A DNA stretch of 64,000 nucleotides from Octopus vulgaris (Eukaryota), in assembly GCA_951406725.2 (NCBI GenBank), contig OX597817.1, forward strand, positions 42,780,001 through 42,844,000. Direction: 5' to 3'. Positions 39,009 to 52,800 of this stretch are shown in pieces. Both the position numbers and the translations under genes were made by a program. Position 1 is the stretch's first letter; each line of letters begins with the position of its first letter. The notes under the pieces were generated by a model. The model was given only the letters and a program-made list of their open reading frames with translations. It had not been told where the DNA came from and searched no databases.

Positions 39009-40229
39009 TTAACGACAACTAGTCAGGTTTCTATTGATCTACATCAACTGGTGACCTTCTTTATGTCACAAACAGATTGTTGCAAATCTTGAAATTTTTC
39101 AGAGAAATGAAGGTTATTAAACTTTTGACACTTTTGCATATGAATCAGTCTCTACAAACTATTTGTTTTCAGTTAGATAAGCTATTCAGTAATTCTATGT
39201 GGATAATGTTCTTTATTCTCTTTAGTCACCCACACACCTTTTTCTTATCTTTTTACCTTTAATTCCATACTTGTTTTTCCCTGACACTTTTTCTAAAACT
39301 TCACATTTATCTACCGTATTAACTAAAGTTTCATCTTCAAGATACACCTTGAGTAGCTTTTAACAGTGACGACATGTAAACCTATATCAGCAAAAAAAAA
39401 AAAGAAAAGAAAGAAAGAAAAAAAAGTGAATACTTTATTCATTGACCAACAAACTTTGTTCTTCCATTGTCTATTTTAACATTGTTTCATCATCTCTGAG
39501 TTGCTGAGAATAAAATTAGACCTACTGAAAAACTAGTAGTGTTTTACTATCTATCTAGTAGTTTGTATATTCAGTGTCAAACAGTATTTTACTGTCATCT
39601 AGATTGTAGCTTTATCTTTTATCTTTTACTTGTTTCAGTCATTGGTCTATGCCCATGATGGGGCACCACCTTGAAGGGTTTTAGTTGAACAAATCAACCC
39701 CAGTACTTATTTTTTAAGTCTGGTACTTATTCTGTTGGTCTCTTTTGACAAACCACAAGTTACATGGACATAAACAAACCAACAGTGGTTGTCACGTGAT
39801 GGGAGTACAAACAGACATGAATACAGACGCACACATATACATGTAAATATATATATATACAGCAGGCTTCCATACAGTTTCTGTCAACCAAACTCACTCA
39901 AAGGCATTGGTCAGCCCATGGCTATAACAGAAGACCCGTGCCCAAGGTGCAGCACGGTAGGACTGAACCCAAAATCATGTGCCTGCAAAGTGAGATTCTT
40001 AACTACACAGATTGTATAATAATGTATAATAAATAGTAAGGTGGTGAGCTAGCAGAAACGTTAGCACACCGGGCGAAATGCTAAGTGGCATTTCATCTGT
40101 TTTTACATTCTGAGTTCAAATTTTGCCGGGCTCGATAAATTAAGTACCAGTTATGTACTGGGGTCAATCTAATCAACTGGTCCCCTCCCCCCAAAATTTT
40201 GGGCCTTGTGCCTAGAGTAGAAAAGAATA

Positions 40230-40740
40230 ATGATCCTTTCTCATCTCCTCTGCAAAGCTCAGCATCTTCAGATCAGCTTTCACTACTTTGTACCATGTCT
40301 TCCTGGGCCTCCTTCAACAGATTCCATCCACTTTATATGATCAGCACTTCTTAATGTAACTGTCCTCATCCCTACATATCACTTGACCAAACCAGTGTAG
40401 TTTTCTCTCTTGCACACTACACCTGATTCTTCTTATACCTAATTCTTCTCTCAGTACATTAGCACCTTGTCATATTGTGCACACTAGCATTACACATCCA
40501 ATGGATTGTGCTGTTTTCATTCCTCCCTAGTCTTTACATGTCTTCTGTATTCATAGCCCATGTCTCACTACCATATAGCATAGCTGTTCATACACAGAAA
40601 TCATACAACATGTCATATACTCTGAGAGAAAGAGACCTGTTGTAGCCAACAGAGATGATAGCTTTCTGCACTATGTCCATCTTATTCTTATTCAAGCATC
40701 TATACTTTCAGTTAATCCTCCACAACTAATTAGGTCACTA
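40230..40740 (-). mobile_element. RTE-like LINE 3' relic
   Basis: The minus strand gives TAMLYGSETWAM and LREELGIRRIRCSVQERKLHWFGQV. A related fragment lies at ~3130-3250. Confidence 0.75.
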
Positions 40741-42108
40741 CCAGTATATAAATACATACATATTTGTATAAATACATATACATGTATATATGTTTTTATA
40801 TACAAGCATAGGTGGATTAAGATTCAGTGCTTGGGAACATGTCTTTTACTATAGCCTCAGGCCAACTAAAACCATGAATAATATGTCTGGGAAAATGGCA
40901 GTATTCATTGACAACAATTATCAAATATTTATTACTTGATACGAATGAATTCTTCGAATCAGTGCTTATATGGTCAATGGCATGCATAGACCAATTTTAG
41001 ATTTTTCATGACAGAAGATTTTGCATCTAAATAAGGTGCATTGAACTTGTAATACCAAGGAACAAACAATTTTATACAATTTTAACAGGGTACCCTAAAA
41101 CTATATGAAGGGATCCAAGGCAAAGTAAGGTTTTGCAATATAGAATTTCACTAGTCCTAATTACCAGCGCATCATTCGTGCTTTTAATATTAACTTTTGT
41201 GTTTTTATGTTAAACACACAAGCTACAGCTATCTGACCGGTCACCTGGGTAAATTGTTTGCTTAAAAGGAAATGGCATCACTTTTTCGGCCACCTCAACT
41301 ATTGCATAAACCTCTTTTTTTATAGCACTAGATCTTTTTCCAAGAAAATTTGGTGACTAAAGAATGAATGCTACAGACTTATCATTTTGATTAAGACTAT
41401 CCTTGGTAGCAGTCACAGGTGTGTCCATTTTGGTGGTTTGTTTATCTACTTTAGCATTGACAAACTTCATAATTGCTGTTTTTAAGTGATTGCCATTGTA
41501 GCTTCCTTTGAGAGCAGAAACTGAGCATTGATCAAAGGTCTCATTTTTTCAGAGAAGCAAGGAACCTATCCAGAATTGTAAGCAAACAGATTTGTCATAT
41601 GAGATAAGGATTATTTATTAGTAAGCATGGTCCTTTCTAGAAATGGAGTTAAATGTGGGGTGGGGGAGACAGTCAAGGTGTAATTTGTTATGGTTAATAT
41701 GATAACCTAGAATACAGATAGATTTAGTTGAAAATTTACATCTATCATTATTCAGTACCATATTAGATTTATGAGCAACTTCTTAGAATTCAGATATTGA
41801 TGTGTCTCTCTTTTGTTTTACTAAATATGGTGACATCATCTAGACAGGAATACGTGCCTTCCAACTTGTTTTCATGAATAAGATTGCCTATAATGCAACG
41901 TAAGTTGTTAGACTGAAACAAATAAACTTAAACTGAAGCATGCCACTGTCTGTCTCAAAAGTAGTAGACACTAAGATGGTGGTTTGGTAGAATTAAGTAG
42001 GAAAATAGTATTTAGTTCAAAATTTGGCAGGTCACTTTTAACCTCTCAATTTTGTGGGTTTGATAAGATAAAGTAATCAAATACGGAAATTAATGTAATC
42101 AACTAGAT

Positions 42109-42391
42109 CAATGATTGTCAACCATTTTTTGCCTAAGGACCCACTTAATTTGTGTCTTACTCAGTTGGACCCTATGAGGGTCCAGCTGAGTAAGACATGA
42201 ATTAAGTGGGTCTATAGGCAAAATCCTATTGTATTTTTCAAATTCTATTGTATTTTTATTATTAAATATTATTAGGAATTGTATTAAAAAAATTTTTTTT
42301 AATATTTTGTGTACTGTAGAAGTATAACCAATTTATTGCACACAAACCTTAACAACAAAAATCTTATGCAGGCCCTGATTAAAAACCACTG
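42109..42391. mobile_element. hAT-type MITE with a perfect 8-bp target-site duplication
   Basis: AACTAGAT at 42101-42108 and 42392-42399; termini caatgattgtcaacc / gattaaaaaccactg (degenerate CAGTGGTT..AACCACTG). Confidence 0.85.
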
Positions 42392-45300
42392 AACTAGATT
42401 CTCCACCCCAGATATGTGGCCTTGTGCCTCTGTCACAAATCAATATTAGTAAACATTATCTTATGCCTTACCTCATACTCCACTCACACACAAAAAGACC
42501 TGAATCTATGGTATCACCTACAACAGTTCATTGACCTTCCTACCATATAAACATCAAAGCACTTACACATACTGCAATCTGTCACTAATAGGGCATTTTG
42601 TCTAAACTAACAAACTCCTGTAATGAGTATTATTACAAGATATAAGATTTATCATCAACAATACTAGCCTTGTTTGATTCCTCCTCAGGCTCTACTTTAC
42701 TGATCTATAGAATATCAACTCAAAATCAAAATGGCACTCCTCATCATAAATGGGTGTACACATTACATCCATTTCTGCCTGCACAGGAAAGCAAGAATGT
42801 TGAAGTGAAATGGTAATTTCTTGTATGGGGAGCCGAGTTCATGACGGTCAAACCACTCATTTCTTACCATTATATCGAGATGCGCCTTCACCCAAATCAT
42901 TCTAAAACACTTTTTTAGAAAGCACTGTCTCTTCTAGTGGATCCAAACAAATATAAACCACATACGGACAAAAAATAGCTACATCAGTAGCCATACGAAA
43001 TTCTTTATTTGGTTGTAAATGACATCCACTGAGTTCCGCCCACTTAGTTTGCATCAATTATCTTTGATGCAGCTGTCACCAGTTTTCAGACTGGATTGCA
43101 AAATAGATGCAACTTGCCCTTAATGCTTGCCTGTGTCCTATATTATTAACCATTGCATATCAAAAAGTGCTGCATGGTCTAGGATAAAATAAAGTGCAAG
43201 TTTCTGGAATTGAAAACCTCTTGGCTTCTCTTAAATATTTGAATAGTTACTACTGTCATAAGGTTGTTTCAGCAGTTTTAACTGGGATTATTCTACAGTA
43301 TTGTAGATATGTATTCATCCACATGTGTGCGCGCGTGTACGTGCACACACACACACACACACACGTTTATGTCTAGTTATATGTATGTTTATATTTGTAT
43401 TGTGTACACAAGTATATGTTTATACATAGATGTAAAATGTAATGGCTATGGAATTAAGATACTAGATGTGTTACCTAAGGAGATTTGCCAAATACTCTTT
43501 GATGTCTGCATCAGGTCATCTGATAGATAAGCAGGTTATATTCATACTTGCAGTTTTTGTTAATGTTTTGGTGATATTTAGCTAGAAAGTAAAATTGTTC
43601 TATTAAAGACCAAGTTTTGTGGTATGAAGTTTATAAGAAATAAATACCTCACTTCCACCCTATTAGACTAGCACTTGCTCCCAATCGGATTATCTTTCTT
43701 AATAACTCAATCCCTAATCCCCTCCCCTCTCTTCTGTCTTTTGCCATACTACCCCACAGAGTGGACAATGAGATGTGTGATGGTAAGTAAGAGAAGAGGA
43801 TCATCATTGTTTAGAACAGACGTTAAACGATGATGATGATGATCCTCTTCTCTTACTTACCATTGCACATCTCATTGTCCACTCTCTTTTATTCTTCCTC
43901 ATTTATAGGGGTCACTTTAGACCTTTAACTTTGCAATTTACATGACAATCCTCACAAAACAAAAAGCACCCAGTATACTTTGTAAAGTGGTTGGCATTAA
44001 GAGGAGCATCTAGCCATAGAAATCATGTCAAAGTAGGCATTACAGCATGATGTAGTCCTTTGACTTGTCAGATCCTGTCAAAACATTTAACCCATGCTAG
44101 CATAGAAGCAGACAGCTAAATGATGAGAGTGATGACAGCAGCAACAAGGAGTGGCTCAAAACTTATATACTCATTCTATTCATTTCTAAACCTCATTATC
44201 GAATCTCTATAGAGATCTGTTCTTTTGAGGTACCACTTAATAGTTTTCAACAGAAGGGTATTTCATAGTTTGAGCGAATTAGGAGTGGTAAAGCAAGAGA
44301 TCTATTTTTTCTTTTTCATAAGACAAGAACCTTTGTCAAGATGAACATCACAACCAGTCATATATCCTACTGGTACCTAGATGCTACAGCAGCGTTTCAA
44401 TATCTCCTGCCAACTTTATTTTCAATAACACCTGCATAACTGAGAATTCTCATAACTTGAACTTCTCCAGTTATGTTTGGCATGGACTGGACAAGACTTA
44501 TTCAAGCAATATTCTTCAAATGGCTGCCATTACAAGTGCTTGAAATAGTATTCTACAGCTGGGTATCCTTTACATTTTTTTTGTTTTTTTTTTTGAGCAA
44601 ATTTATTTTATTCCACTGGTTTTTGCACATCAAGGCTCTCAAGCTACTGGTTATGCTGGTAACAGTAAACATAAACATATCACCTTTGTCCACAGTGTCA
44701 ACATGAAACCAGATGAAAACACATACATACACACACACACCTAAAGGGCTCCTGTACAATTTTAATCTCTGAATTTCACTTATAAGGCATTTTTAACTGG
44801 AAACTATAGTAAGAGACACTTACCCGTAGTGCTATGCAATGGGATAGTACTTAAAACAGCATGATTGTGAAGCCAATTTTGTTACCCCCACAGCCATGCC
44901 TGGGTCTAAAAAGCATCACCACAACATCCCTATCGTAGGGAAACCTTTGAGTGTTAATGACAGTACCATGGGAGCGCAAATGTTCACACAATAACACATG
45001 CACAGGCATGTGTTTGTGTGTGTTTATTATAAATATGTGTATGTAAGCTTTTGAAGTGTTTGGCAGTGGCCAAAGAGGATATAGTATGAAGTAGTGAAGA
45101 TTGGTCTCAAGAGGCTGAACTTTGCAAAAAGGAAGGCAGGATCTCAAGTTGCAGTGAAGTACTGTAATGAAGAGGACCCATACAAGCATGGAAAAATAGA
45201 TGTGAAACTCATGACTTGTGATGATGAACATTGGGATGTAATGGGTCTTTTCCTGATCATTATACTTGTATACAATCTTCATATACTACTCTTCTGTTCT

Positions 45301-46540
45301 TTATCCTTTCATCTATCACTCATCTCCTCTCCTATCATTGTTTCTCCTTATATCACTTACTTTTCCCCATTCTTCTGCCTGTATAACAAGGAATGGAATG
45401 AAATTGAATGCCTATTTGTATTCAATCATTACTTATTCTTACTCTTCTTTACTGCTTGTCATCTCTTCCCCCACTCTCTTGTCCTCTTTCATCAATGTCT
45501 CAATGGAGACAAACATGGATTACAGAGGACTTTTTAGTTTTGCTAGGGATAAGGCAGCTTCACTAGTGCTGGTACTATCATAAAATGCACCCAGTATACT
45601 CTGTAAAGTGGTTGGTGATAAGAGAGTTATCTAGCCATAGAAAACATGCCAGAAATGTGAGAGATGATCTCTGACCTATGTAGAAGGACAGTAACTCTAA
45701 ATAAGAATTCACTCTGTCTGTGATGACCCATGCAACCCATGCCAGCATGGAGAAGCAAATGTAAAATGATGTTGAAGTATAGTGCTCTGTGTTGTGTAGA
45801 AGTGAAATGTGAGTGAATTAATAAACCCTACTACATCTATTGAATGCTTCTTTTTTCCACTTTGTAAATTAATATACACAAAAGTATATGAATGTGTGCA
45901 AGCATGCACGCACACATGTATGTATTTATGTACATATATTAGGGTTGTTAAGTGCAGGTTCAGTCCCACTGCATAGCACATAGGACAACTGTCTTCTAAT
46001 ATCGTCCCAGACTGACCAATGCCTTGTGAGTGAATTCAGTAGAGAGAAACTGTGGATGTCTTGTGTCTGTGTGTGCATCTTTGTGTTTGTCCCCCTCACT
46101 GTTTGACAACCGGTGTTGGTTTGTTTATGTCCCTGTAACAATCCCTTGGCAAAAGAGTCCAATAGGATAAGTACTAGACTTAAAAAATAAGTACTGAGGG
46201 CAATTTGTTTGACTAAACCTTTCAGCATGGTGCTCCAACATGGCCACAGTCCTATGACTGGAACAGAAGATTAAAAATAAATATTACTGGTTAAAGGACT
46301 GAATACTAGAATCAGAGTTAAATTTATCATAGAAAGGAATTGACTGTGATTTCAAGTTTCACCTGCCTCAAGGCTTGTTCAAATAGTACAAAATAGTACA
46401 TACAAAATGTTAAGAAGATGATAATAAGTAATGTAATCAACCTTTGTACATTGTTATCGATAATTACTTGTGTATCTCTCCCAATCAGTTAAAGCATTTT
46501 AAGTACATAAGAGATGAGATTGTTATTAGTATATTGCTAG

Positions 46541-46593
<53 letters not shown>

Positions 46594-47057
46594 TGAACTT
46601 GTTTATTTTAAGAGTTACATCATCAAATAAATGTTTCTCTGTGTATGGCAATAAACTTCTGGTATCTCTGTTTTAACTTATTTTAATAGTTAAGATTTAG
46701 TTTTTCTCTGTCCAGACATGTTTTTATATTCACTACTAGGTACTTGACACATTCAAATATGTATTTTTTTCCCCGTCAGAAATATGCGGTAATAGTAGTT
46801 TTCATCACCGCTCTTAAATCTGGTATATTATTAATACTGATAATTATTTCAAATATTCACATTTGTGATATTATTGTCCATCCTATTTTATTTGGAATTC
46901 AGTCTTTCTTCTCTTTTAATTTCAAGTGTTCATTAGTAAAGAAAAGCTGTAAAGTTTTTGAAATTATAAGTACAAGGCTGGTCATTTGGCTGTTCATGAA
47001 ACACTTCAGCATTCATTTTTTTAGTATTTGAAACAAGGACAAGTAATTACTGGTTAA

Positions 47058-47676
47058 CCCTTTAGCATTTAAATCAGCCATACCCAGCCCAAGTAGTCTA
47101 CCTGTTTTATGTTCAAACCAGCCAGATTTGGCCTCTAACAGCTACCCTACAATATCATTCTAAAACTATACAATCACATCATAGAAATCTTGAAGCTACA
47201 AGATAATCCTTTCTATTATAAGCATAAGGCCTGAAATTTGGAGGAGGGGCATAGTCGATTACATTGACCCCAGTACTCAACTGGTACTTAATTTATCAAC
47301 CCCAAAAGGATGAAAGCTAAACTCAACCTCAGTGGAATTTGAACTCAGAACATAGCAACAAGCGAAATACCTATTTCTTTATTACCCACAAGGGGCTAAA
47401 CATAGAGGAGACAAACAAGGACAGACATAGGTATTAAGTCGATTACATCGACCCCAGTGCGTAACTGGTACTTAATTTATCGACCCCAAAAGGATGAAAG
47501 GCAGAGTCGACCTCGGCGGAATTTGAACTCACAATGTAACAGCAGCTGAAATACCGCTAAGCATTTTGTCCAGCGTGCTAACAATTCTGCCAGCTCACCG
47601 CTTCTTGAAGCGACAAGATAATGCATGATTAATCCAAAAACAATGCATTTGACAGAGTAATCTGAATGCTAAAGGG
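47058..47676. mobile_element. piggyBac-type MITE carrying a nested tandem SINE B insertion
   Basis: TTAA|ccctttagcatt ... aatgctaaaggg|TTAA. The SINE insert is flanked by a ~20-bp duplication tcttgaagc(t/g)acaagataat. Confidence 0.9.
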
Positions 47677-49790
47677 TTAAAGAGCTGAATACTGGAAGTA
47701 GAGTTAAACTTATTATAGAAAAGGATTGTCTGTGACTTCAAGCTTCACCCATCTCAAGCCTTTGTCATTTGTCACTGATTAACTTTTAATGAACTTGGAT
47801 TGAATGTGGAAGCATGAAGTATTTACTTACTTGATAACTCACTGAGGTTCATTATTTATTGCCATAAAGCCAGTTCCATCCTTTATTAGGATTGCTAAAT
47901 CCAACTAATAAAGGTTAGGTTTAGTTATCTTGATGAAAAAAGGATTTTTGCCATTCTAAAATCTACCAGGTTGTCTTATGCAAGTATTTTAGCAGTCATC
48001 AGAAGTTGAGGTACAAAGCACATGGCTGTTTTTGTTTCTTAACATCTTTGTGTGTGTGTGTGTGTGTGTGTGTGTTTACATGTGTGTGTATCCTGCATGT
48101 TTTTGTTCTTGCATTTTATTATACATCTAACAAATAGACTACTGTTTTCACTTTGCACCAGTTCATCAACATATCACATTTACATATGTGCAATAATTTA
48201 AAGCAAAATCACCCCCATGAATGTCAATCATATTGAAAGTGTGCAAAATGTCCTCATAAAAACCACTAAGTTTGATCTCCACTTAGATTTTGTATTAGCA
48301 AAATAACCCTTATTAATTCTGCTTTTAAAACTAACAAGTGGTTTTAGACAATGATTCTCTTCTTCAAGGGAGAGATTTTCTATAAGATAAGATTTGTTTC
48401 GTTTTTGTATTTGGTTTGCAAGATTCTTGATGTGAACTTGTATGTTCTGGTGTAGTGTTGGCATAATGACCCTCCCAAGATACAACAGAAGGCTTATATA
48501 GTTAATATAGAATTTGGAAGCTGTATATATAGTGTGATTAGAAGGGGTTTCCTGAAAGTTAGAAGCAGTGATACAAGTATGAGTTAATACAAGTGACAAA
48601 CTGGGGGCAGAAACCTTTAGAGTAATCTCAGAAAATATATCATGACCTTTTTTGTTGAAGTAAATGGCTTCTTAATGAAGTCTAGGATGGCATGCCTATA
48701 GAACAGGATATTTTGAAACCATGTAGTGGATATCTAGCTGATATTGCAGTTATCAGTAGTGGGCAGGACATGTAATTTAAGGAATGTACAGAAGTGGTAA
48801 ACTAATAGGAGATACTTTAAGTTTTGAACATAAAAATTGTTGATTGTAGTCAGAGTGGAAGTTCATTGAGTGTGTGTGTGTGTACACACACACATTCATC
48901 ATTATTATCATCACCATTTAAAATGTATGTTAAATGATGTGTATGTCTTTGTATTGGTTTGCTTACATTACTGTAACTTAGCAGTTCAGCAAAAGAAACT
49001 GATAGCATAAGAGCCCGACTTGCAACAAAAAATAAGTACTGAGGTGAATTTGTTTGACTAAAACCCTTCAGTCTAATAACTGAAAACAAGTAAGATATGA
49101 GAGAGAGAGTGACTGATGGCAAGTAAACCTAAACTTGGAAATCATTGTCAGTCATTTCTTTGTAAATTGTTGTCTAACATCTGTTTTCCATGCTGGCATG
49201 GGTTGGACGTTTTGGCTGAGGGCTAGTAAGCCAGAAGGCCGCACCAGGCTGCAATCTGATCTGGCAAAGTTTCTACAGCTGGATGTCCTTCCTTAATGCC
49301 AACCACTCTGAGAGTGTAGTGGGTGCTTTTTATGTGCCACCGGCAAGACGACCAGTCAGGCAGTACTGGCAACGATATGTAAATATCTATTTTTATCATT
49401 GCTTTTAAATTGAAACAATTATAGAGTTGCTCTTGCTTTGTGCCTCAGGTCAGCTATGTTTGAGTAAATCTAAAGGCATTCAAGCCTTAACCATCCCATT
49501 TTTTTTTCTAGGCAAAGTATATTGGTGATTACACTATTTATTGTGCCATCTTTTTTATGTTGGCAGGGTATGACTTCAAGGATATTTGGATGTTATTTAT
49601 AGTTTGTCAACCAACCTAACTATGTAAGAGTCATAGAAATTGGTATAAAATGTTTATTTCACAGATCTGTAGCAAGATTAGAAATGTGATATCAATATCA
49701 GGGGTATAACAGAAATAAACGATAATGTCCAAATTTAAGCGTCAGTAAAGAATTGCTTAGAACAAATGAAGGCATGACCTAGAATATGTA

Positions 49791-49839
<49 letters not shown>

Positions 49840-52800
49840 TTGAAAAGGCAGCATGGATAAGGAGTAGCTATACTATATTTACTTGTGTATAAGTTGCACT
49901 CGTATATACGTCACACCCTTGATTTAGTGTTAAATCTTAATGCAAACATTTTTTTCCCTCGTAGTTTTAGCTTTGCCTTGTGTATAAGCTCTACACCAGT
50001 TTCTTCAGTTAAAATCAAGTATAAAATAGTGCAACTAATACACCAAGTAAATATTGTAATTTACTTGGTTCCAGATATGAGTGGAGGTAGCTTCTGTAAT
50101 AGGTGTATATAATAACATCTAACATAACAATGGGGAAGAATCTAGTTACGTTAGTCCTTGTTTTGTGATCTCTATAGCCTAGATGTAACCAATAAATTCT
50201 CTAGTTTATTTCATAAATTTTGTTCCCCAGATAACCTATGGCTTTTCGTGGGCTTTGAGTTAGCAGTGTGCCATTTAGAGTAACAATTTCACTGTTCCTG
50301 TATCTGGTGGTAGTTTCAGAGGAGACAAAGTATAGATATTGTTAGTGTGTGTAAGTTTAACTTCTAAATTGTTTTATGTGCCAATGCCATGTAAGAAGGC
50401 ACCTATGTCAGCACCATGTAAAAAGGCACCTAGCACCATTTAGGAAAGCACCTGTGCCAGCACCATGTAAAGAAGCATCCATGTTGGTGCCACATAAGAC
50501 AGCACTTGTGCTGGTGCTATGTAAAGAGCACCTGTGCTGGATCCACGTAAAGATCACCCTACCGGTGTCATGTAAAAACCACCAATAGAAACCATGCCAA
50601 AACAGACAACTAGAGTCTGGTACAGCTCTCTGACTTGCCAGCTCCTGTCAAACTGTCGAACCCATGCCAGTATGGAAAACAGATATTAGATAATAAAGAT
50701 GATGATTTTGAAAACCACTGAGGGAGGCTGGAAAGTGACCCAGCATGGGATTTCAGTATAGTTGAGTAACCAATATTGCAGTTATTTTGGCATGTGTATT
50801 TTGTGTTTACATGTATCTGGCAGTGTGTTTTGTGTTTATTTGTGGAAAAGATAGTTTTATAAATGGTGTATCATTCTGGAGTGGTGCATATGTTTGTCAA
50901 TAATCAAACATTGACTTTAGTTGTGAGGGATAAGTGAAACGAAGCAGGTAATTCATATTCTGTGCTCCTCACAAGTCTCTTCCAATTTTAGTATTCTTAT
51001 ATAAAGGATCAATAGGTGTGTGTAGCCTATCAATTAGGCTTTTTTGTGGTTACTTTTTTTGTTTATTGTTGTGTTAGTGATTTGTTGGCTTCTGTTATAT
51101 TTACTATATTACATTGCACAAACTTAGTTATCTAGAAACTTGCTTGGTAGCTTGAAAGAAATGAAATCTGTCTTTACATTTTTTTTTCTCAATACATTTT
51201 AGTATCAAATGACTGTTATTCTGTATTGAGTACACCATATATATATCATTAGCATTCATTATTTTAACTTTCACTTCTCCATGCTTGCATGGGTCAGATT
51301 TATTGAGGCAGATTTTTTACAGATGGATACCTTTCCTTTTACCAGCCCTTACTTGTTTCCAAGCAAGGTAATATTGCCCCATGCCCAAACATGTTTTTAC
51401 AAACTATTGGAATTGAATGTAATTCATTTACAATGCATTCACATGATGTCAAGACAGGGTGGACACGGACACACATTTGCAGTGAGCATGACCTGGTAGC
51501 TTGTATCATGCTTTTGTTAATTGTAATAAGTACCTATGAAAGTGAAGAGCAGACTTAAACACCCCTTGTATCCTTTACTCAGCCAAACATTCAGTCTGTG
51601 ACTACTGGTGAGAGTGGGGGTGGGGTGGAGGACCACACCAGCATATTGTTGGTATTCAGTTCAGCCAAACTCTGTGAAAAACTTGGAGAGGACTCTGTAA
51701 GATTTTGTTTACAGTTTGACATCTTTTGAATCAACCTTGGGAGAATATTGACATACTTCACTGCGATAGGTCTTGATAAGATAAATAAACAAATAGATAA
51801 ATAAATTGACAAGCAAAGTACATTTTCAATTTGGTTGGCTAAACAAGGGATTTGTACAAGTATGGTCTACTGTAATATGAAGTAATTAGGTTATACAAGG
51901 TTAGGGCTATCATTGTTCTCTCTTCATTCTGTTTCTTGAAATCCTAGCAGTCCAATTTCAAGAGACTTCAGAATACTCACATATACAAATTGGTTGATTT
52001 TTGTTGCTATGGTTGGCAGTAAATGGTAACCAGAAAGTACTCAGATGGATACAGTGCTGATTGATTTTCATTAATTGGTTCAGAAAGAGAGTGGATAACT
52101 TTTTAGAACTGTCTTCTGTCTCCTTTGGCTGTTTCTAAAGAAGACAGTTCTCAAGGGTTAGTTGTTCTGTGCTAGCATAGAAAAAGTGTGTATGATAAAG
52201 TTGACCTTAAATTTATTTTGATCAAAACTAGAGGACTAAAGTTTATCTTGTTTTTAGGTTAAGCATAGTTAGAAAAGTAAGTTATATGAAATATTTGATT
52301 TGTGATAACATTTCCAACTTTATCTAAATTTATTATTAATCAGTCAATTGGAATATATCAGAAAATGTATTAGAAAATTTGTATTGATTTCTATATGTAT
52401 CCAGTCTCTTTTGCCAAGTTTCGGTAATAGTTGGAATAATATTTTAAATGGCTTCTGTCTGTCTGGTCTTTTTATTGTGAACTTTTAAAGATTTGTTTTC
52501 ATTAGTTGATCTGAAAGTGGTGGAGAATAAATTGTTGGATATGATATTATTTAGATTTAAATAGAACCAAGCCAGTTTCATATTGGATCATTCTATAATT
52601 TTAAAGCAATTAGTATTGTTGGCTAACTTCCTCTCTTCACGTAGTATGACCAACTGTGCAGCTAATCTGAATCTATTTAGATACCATTAATAATCATCAA
52701 TATTCTGTTCATATTGTATCATGCTCTAAAGGTATCTTCTGATATTCTTCATATATATTGTGAATTAAATACGTTCACAAGATTTTTTAATGTGTAATAT

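Noticed and set aside
44851-45583. 143-, 147- and 105-aa ORFs
   Set aside because: No recognisable motifs, compositionally biased, overlapping SINE fragments, and no convincing splice sites.
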